DNA of 59,602 nucleotides from a virus (Duplodnaviria; Caudoviricetes): IMG/VR virus record IMGVR_UViG_3300044695_005052, positions 1 to 59,602 of that record; one strand, 5' to 3'. Shown piece by piece: positions 54,847 to 59,602 of this stretch (position 1 is its first letter; each line of letters starts with the position of its first letter). The notes under the pieces were generated by a model. It saw only the letters and a program-made list of their open reading frames with translations, ran no database searches and was not told where the DNA came from. The position numbers and the translations under genes were made by a program.

Positions 54847-57800
54847 TTATTGTAATGGTTTTATTTGTTTAATTGCTGAAGTTAATATCTTAGCAGGCTC
54901 AGTTTGTGTTGGCGGTTCTATGTATTGACCACTATTCATTGATCTAAGCTGTGGGTAAGAATCTTCAGTTGCTGCTGCTCTTCTTTTTAATAAAGCAGTT
55001 TTATTTAAATAAGCATCCCCAGAGTATTTAGTAACTTCATATATTTGAATATTATCTACAGCACCAGATTTTATTCTTTCAAATATCGTCTTATTAGCTG
55101 GAGATGATATAAATTTATTAAAGTCTGTAAAAGGTAGTCTAGAGAAAACATCGAAGGTTGTTAAACCTCTATCTAAAACATAATTAGAATTTAATTCACT
55201 TATAATTTCTTTAATTTTTCTTAGTGGTGTTTTTGGTCTAACTGTAGATTTATTTTCATCTTTATAACCTGACCTAAAGAAAGTGCTACTTGGATCAAAA
55301 ATAACTTTTCTTGCATCTAGCTCATATTCACCTATGACATTAGGATCAGGGTAAGTAGTCGTTAGATCCACAAATTTTGTAGTCGTAATATTGGCATCAT
55401 ATTCGCTCTTGTCAATACTTAGTTCGTAAATTAATTCTCTAATATTAGTTCCGTTAGTTTGGAATTGAATAAGTTCTGATTGTATATCAAATGGATTATT
55501 CTCTTCCTTATTAGTTGGGAATAATAAAATATACCAAGGTAATTGCCGTACTAGTAATGGAACATTTTTATTTGTTTTTCTTGCATGTCCGTCAAATCGG
55601 ATATCTTGTTGCTGTAAATAAATGTGACCAGATGACACTACATAATCAATAAAAACATCATCAGGGTGTACTGGGAACATGTAATGATTTGCTTTAAATT
55701 TTACATATTCATTAATAGCACTTAAATCTTGTTCAGTACTTATGGAGCAAAGATCATATCTGGCTTTTGTAGTATCAATATATTCAGTCGTTCTAATTGT
55801 TTCTACAGTCTCTGTTTTTAATTTTAAGAAATAAACATTTTCCCTTTCACCACTTAAAGAATAATTATATTCTAAGTTAGATGTGTAAGGTGAGGATACT
55901 GTTAAAATTATAGAAGAATCACCATTCAATAATTCTAAAGCAATCATCTTATCTATATCACGAATTAAATAAGCATGATCCTTTTCTGTATCTAAATAAA
56001 TTCTTCTTTGATTTACGCCAAGACCAACTTCAATATAATCTCCATCGGAAATTTTTAAATTTGCTCTACCAATTACAATATCATCATCATTAATATAATA
56101 TTTTCTAGGTTGACCATCAACCTCTACTGTTAATGATTTTTCTAAATCACTTGCTAGAACTTTTATCAGTGGAGTTATTTTAGCAGTTCTTCCTGTTGAT
56201 TTAGTTTCATCTAGAGGAATTAAATTATTTTCTAAATATGCAAAAGCTTTTAAAGTATTTGCTACTTGATCTTGAGTTTTTTCAGGTACAATTGTTTTTG
56301 CAGTTCGATTCTCAGCTAACTTTCTATAATAAGAAATATCAAAAGTTTCTATGGTTCCATTAATTAACTTCCTACGAATCACATCTAAGAAATAATCCTT
56401 ACCTATTAAATTACCTAACTGATCCGTAATGTTTTCAAATATTCTTATTACACTTGGTTTTAAGCTTTTTTCTATATTATAAATTGTTAAATCCGAAGAG
56501 TAATAAGATCTCCAATCTTCAGATGTATTATTTTTATCTAAATAATAAGCAATAGATTCGTGAATTGTGTTAGAAAATAAATTAGTTAGTTTAAAATTAT
56601 AAACAACTGCTTCGTTGTAGTCTGTAGTTGGGGGTACATAAACTGCAACTGCGGGGTCTAGATTAACTACTCCAGCGCCAGCATTTTCTGGTAATTCATA
56701 GAATGGTCTAGTTCCAACATTTATATCAGCAGGGTTTTGATTTGAAGGATTATTATTTCCTGTAAAAATAACTTCACCGACAGTATCCGCGTCTGGTAAT
56801 CTTTCATTAAAAATAGGTCCATTATCATCTGCCCCACCATCATCTAAAATTACAGGCTCTGTTTGAATACCCGCTCCAACAGAAGTTGAATTTACAGGTC
56901 CATCATTATTACAATAATTTCTACATGATTGGAAAGTTAAATGATATTCTGGTCCTTGAGCTTGTGTAGGAGTTGCAATAGTGGATATACAAGCATTGTT
57001 TACACATTTAAAATAATTTCTAACTTGAGTAGGGTCTGAAATTATTCCACCCCCTGATTCTCTTTGAGAAAGACCTCCTAAAACCTGTCTAGATAATCTA
57101 TCTACTTCAGCAGTATTAGATTGGCAACGCAATCGACACTCAGTTAAAGTTGTAAAATATCCTTGAGCTTGCGCGAAACTTAAAGTAGTAGTCATACCAG
57201 CACAAGTTCCAGTACTCTTATTACATTTAAAGAAAGTTGATATTGGGTCAGGTCTATCTCCAGCCGTGGATAAAGTATCACCTTCTTGTCTAGCTCTACA
57301 ATCTGATTCACATTGTGCCAAACTTCCGTATGTCCCAGCAGTTTGGTTTTGTGGTACTGTTAATTGTCTACATTTACCATTGATTGTATTACAAGAATAT
57401 CTTTGCACTAAAGGAACTGGTCCTCCAGTAGTTGAGGGTCCATCTATTGGTGTTGTTCTAGGTCTTGAACAAACGGCTTCACAAGCTTGTAAATTTTCAA
57501 ATGCCCCGGGTGGTTTTGAAGTTGCTCGGCGCTCTACGCAGCCCCCAATTAAAATAGTCCCTCCTGTGGATGCGTTTTCTCTTATACATACATAATAAGT
57601 TTTTACTTGAGGAATTGGAGTTCCTCCAGTTTCGCCCAAAGGTCTAGGTTCTTCAGGACATACTGGTTCACCTAACTTTCTTTCACATGGTGAACCATCA
57701 TTGGCAGCGCAATTACTATAAGGTGCAGAATTTACAACTAAACCTGCTGGTAAAACAGAAGCACATTCAGGAAAAGTTCCATCAGGTCTTCTGTTTACCT

Positions 57801-59124
57801 GCGTTAATTTACATTCTCTATTGTAGATAATTGCACACCTACAACCTGCTCCGAATTGAGGGCAGGGAATAGTTCCTGTGGATGGAGTTTGAATACAAAA
57901 TCTACAGGTTTTTGTTATAGTGGTAGTACCCCCAGTTTCACTTGGCCCGGGTCCGGGAGTTGCTGGTCCGGGTCCTGTTGGACCTCCGGGTGTGCTTGGT
58001 CCGGGACCGGGAGTTAAAGGACCAACTCGTTCCCTATCTCCACAATCTTCTTCTATTTCATCTCTACATAATGCTTGGCATGTTGCTAAAGCATTAGGTT
58101 CACATCCATAGAATCCGGGTCCGGGTCCAGTAGTTGGCGGGTAAACACACCTACCTAAATCACGATCAAATGTACCTTGTTGGATTGAATGTACGCGACA
58201 TTCTCTATCTTGCCTTATCCTACATCTACATAATGGATTATTAGGGGGTGTACAAGGAAACCATCCAGTTGTTGGGTTGCCAGTATTTACACAATGATAA
58301 CAAGTTCTTGGTGGACAAATTTGATCAGTAGGGCCTCTAGTAGAAGGTCCGGGTCCTGCGGGGCCGGGAGTTGATGGTCCGGGTCCTATTGGAACGGGAG
58401 TCGCAGGCCCAGTTGTTTCTCCGGGGCATATTGGAGGACCTATGACATCAGCACACCATGGAGCATTACAGGCTTCAGTACTATTCAAAGAATAACCTAG
58501 TAATCTGTCTCCATTAGGGCATAATCCACCGAAGGTTATAGGGGGGCATTGTTCATTAATAGCAACGGTGCCACCATTATATATTTGACAATTTGCTGAT
58601 TGAAGTAATGGGCAAGTACATCCCGGTCCATATTGTGGACAAGGAACCCGTTGCTCATTTTCCTCTTTTATACAACATAAATAATATAAGCAAGGTTGTT
58701 CTGGACAAACAATCTGTACCCCGTCTCTACAAACTGAAGCACAAGCAGGTTCCGATTGAAACTCATTTACAGGGCAGTTAGTTGCCCCGGGCAAATCTGG
58801 AACCCAAGTTTCTTTTCTTTCACAAAACCGATCTGTAATTAATCTACATCGACATGGGCCATTTGATACTGGAGTGCCATCTCTTGCACAACTAAATCCT
58901 TCTGGATCAGTTGCAGGACGCTCTTTACATACCCAGCAAACTCTTAGAATTAATCTAGTTGGTGGTCTATCCCTAATAGGTCCTTTAGGTCCCCAAGGTT
59001 CACCATCCCGTCTTCTTCTCCTAGGATGCCTTTTAGGAGTGACTGGAGGCTCTCTATCTCTACGGTTTCCGGGTCCTTGACCGGGATAAAATTTACCGCA
59101 CTCAAAGGATGGTGTTTCAGTCAC
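54847..59124 (-). CDS. 1425-aa Cys/Pro-rich repeat protein, probably structural (GTG start)
   Basis: Eight Cys-rich modules with GPxTPG linkers, then a Cys-poor C-terminal half; directly upstream of PAAR. Confidence 0.75.
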   Translation of the reverse strand: MTETPSFECGKFYPGQGPGNRRDREPPVTPKRHPRRRRRDGEPWGPKGPIRDRPPTRLILRVCWVCKERPATDPEGFSCARDGTPVSNGPCRCRLITDRFCERKETWVPDLPGATNCPVNEFQSEPACASVCRDGVQIVCPEQPCLYYLCCIKEENEQRVPCPQYGPGCTCPLLQSANCQIYNGGTVAINEQCPPITFGGLCPNGDRLLGYSLNSTEACNAPWCADVIGPPICPGETTGPATPVPIGPGPSTPGPAGPGPSTRGPTDQICPPRTCYHCVNTGNPTTGWFPCTPPNNPLCRCRIRQDRECRVHSIQQGTFDRDLGRCVYPPTTGPGPGFYGCEPNALATCQALCRDEIEEDCGDRERVGPLTPGPGPSTPGGPTGPGPATPGPGPSETGGTTTITKTCRFCIQTPSTGTIPCPQFGAGCRCAIIYNRECKLTQVNRRPDGTFPECASVLPAGLVVNSAPYSNCAANDGSPCERKLGEPVCPEEPRPLGETGGTPIPQVKTYYVCIRENASTGGTILIGGCVERRATSKPPGAFENLQACEAVCSRPRTTPIDGPSTTGGPVPLVQRYSCNTINGKCRQLTVPQNQTAGTYGSLAQCESDCRARQEGDTLSTAGDRPDPISTFFKCNKSTGTCAGMTTTLSFAQAQGYFTTLTECRLRCQSNTAEVDRLSRQVLGGLSQRESGGGIISDPTQVRNYFKCVNNACISTIATPTQAQGPEYHLTFQSCRNYCNNDGPVNSTSVGAGIQTEPVILDDGGADDNGPIFNERLPDADTVGEVIFTGNNNPSNQNPADINVGTRPFYELPENAGAGVVNLDPAVAVYVPPTTDYNEAVVYNFKLTNLFSNTIHESIAYYLDKNNTSEDWRSYYSSDLTIYNIEKSLKPSVIRIFENITDQLGNLIGKDYFLDVIRRKLINGTIETFDISYYRKLAENRTAKTIVPEKTQDQVANTLKAFAYLENNLIPLDETKSTGRTAKITPLIKVLASDLEKSLTVEVDGQPRKYYINDDDIVIGRANLKISDGDYIEVGLGVNQRRIYLDTEKDHAYLIRDIDKMIALELLNGDSSIILTVSSPYTSNLEYNYSLSGERENVYFLKLKTETVETIRTTEYIDTTKARYDLCSISTEQDLSAINEYVKFKANHYMFPVHPDDVFIDYVVSSGHIYLQQQDIRFDGHARKTNKNVPLLVRQLPWYILLFPTNKEENNPFDIQSELIQFQTNGTNIRELIYELSIDKSEYDANITTTKFVDLTTTYPDPNVIGEYELDARKVIFDPSSTFFRSGYKDENKSTVRPKTPLRKIKEIISELNSNYVLDRGLTTFDVFSRLPFTDFNKFISSPANKTIFERIKSGAVDNIQIYEVTKYSGDAYLNKTALLKRRAAATEDSYPQLRSMNSGQYIEPPTQTEPAKILTSAIKQIKPLQ

Positions 59125-59127
59125 TTA

Positions 59128-59601
59128 TCATGCTCCGTTAAGTGAAATTAATGGATTGGATGAATTTAAATTGGCATAGTGATATGATGCACTATTTTGA
59201 GATATACCAACCATTCTCCATTTAATTGTTGGGTATGTGCATTTTCCTACTTTAACATTTCCTAAAAATCCTGCGCCACATGTTGGTACGGCAGTTGGTT
59301 CAGAATACAATATATCTCTTACTGGAACAAGAAAAGATGCAAATCTTTGGCTGTCTCTATTTCTATGAGGAAGTAAATCTTGTGTAACCCCTGTATTTTT
59401 CATATGATCTACTGTCACAAAGCCAACATAAATTGTAAATTCATTAAATCCTTTTTCAACCCAGATTCCTGTATAGCCAGCTAAATCTTGTGAATTAGGA
59501 TTATTCAATCCAGATCCTCTATATGTTAACCCTATGCTATTTAAAAATTCTGCGTCAACATGATAATCTAACATCCAAGAAGGTCTATTAAATAGAATTC
59601 T
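59128..59601 (-). CDS. Hypothetical protein, 5'-truncated by the window edge
   Basis: Frame stays open upstream of 59574 (RILFNRPSW-MLDY). Confidence 0.6.
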   Translation of the reverse strand, partial: RILFNRPSWMLDYHVDAEFLNSIGLTYRGSGLNNPNSQDLAGYTGIWVEKGFNEFTIYVGFVTVDHMKNTGVTQDLLPHRNRDSQRFASFLVPVRDILYSEPTAVPTCGAGFLGNVKVGKCTYPTIKWRMVGISQNSASYHYANLNSSNPLISLNGA

Positions 59602-59602
59602 T

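Noticed and set aside
57930-58420. Collagen-like repeats
   Set aside because: GPGPSTPG linkers do not keep Gly at every third position

Overview
59.6 kb of a large, AT-rich lytic tailed dsDNA phage with almost all genes on the minus strand. It has a T4-like myovirus virion module: gp23 capsid, gp21 protease, gp22 scaffold, gp13/14/15 neck, gp18 sheath, gp19 tube and PAAR. The replication set is T4-like (RecA/UvsX, UvsY, gp32-like SSB, gp41-like helicase, gp46/47), but the polymerase is an SPO1-type UDG/exonuclease/family-A enzyme split into three genes. It also carries NrdJ, ThyX, a dCMP-deaminase-like protein, MazG, GMPR/IMPDH, two sigma-like factors, five U34 tRNAs and a nine-gene sugar methylation/glycosylation island. 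The left end (1-720) is non-coding, with 22-bp iteron-like repeats and palindromes. About 1.7-6.2 kb is a GC-richer accessory region built from a repeated ~50-60 bp sigma70-type promoter cassette (GTGACT-N17-TATAAT-N7-ATG) that drives leaderless genes. That region includes a DUF6948-like (possibly Sm-fold) gene followed by five translationally coupled Gly-Tyr low-complexity peptides sharing an MLIRG(D/N)MT head; this is my best candidate for an uncharacterised system. Two secreted-type proteins resemble domains I recall from Planctomycetota, which hints at the host. All family calls come from reading motifs by eye; no database search was run.
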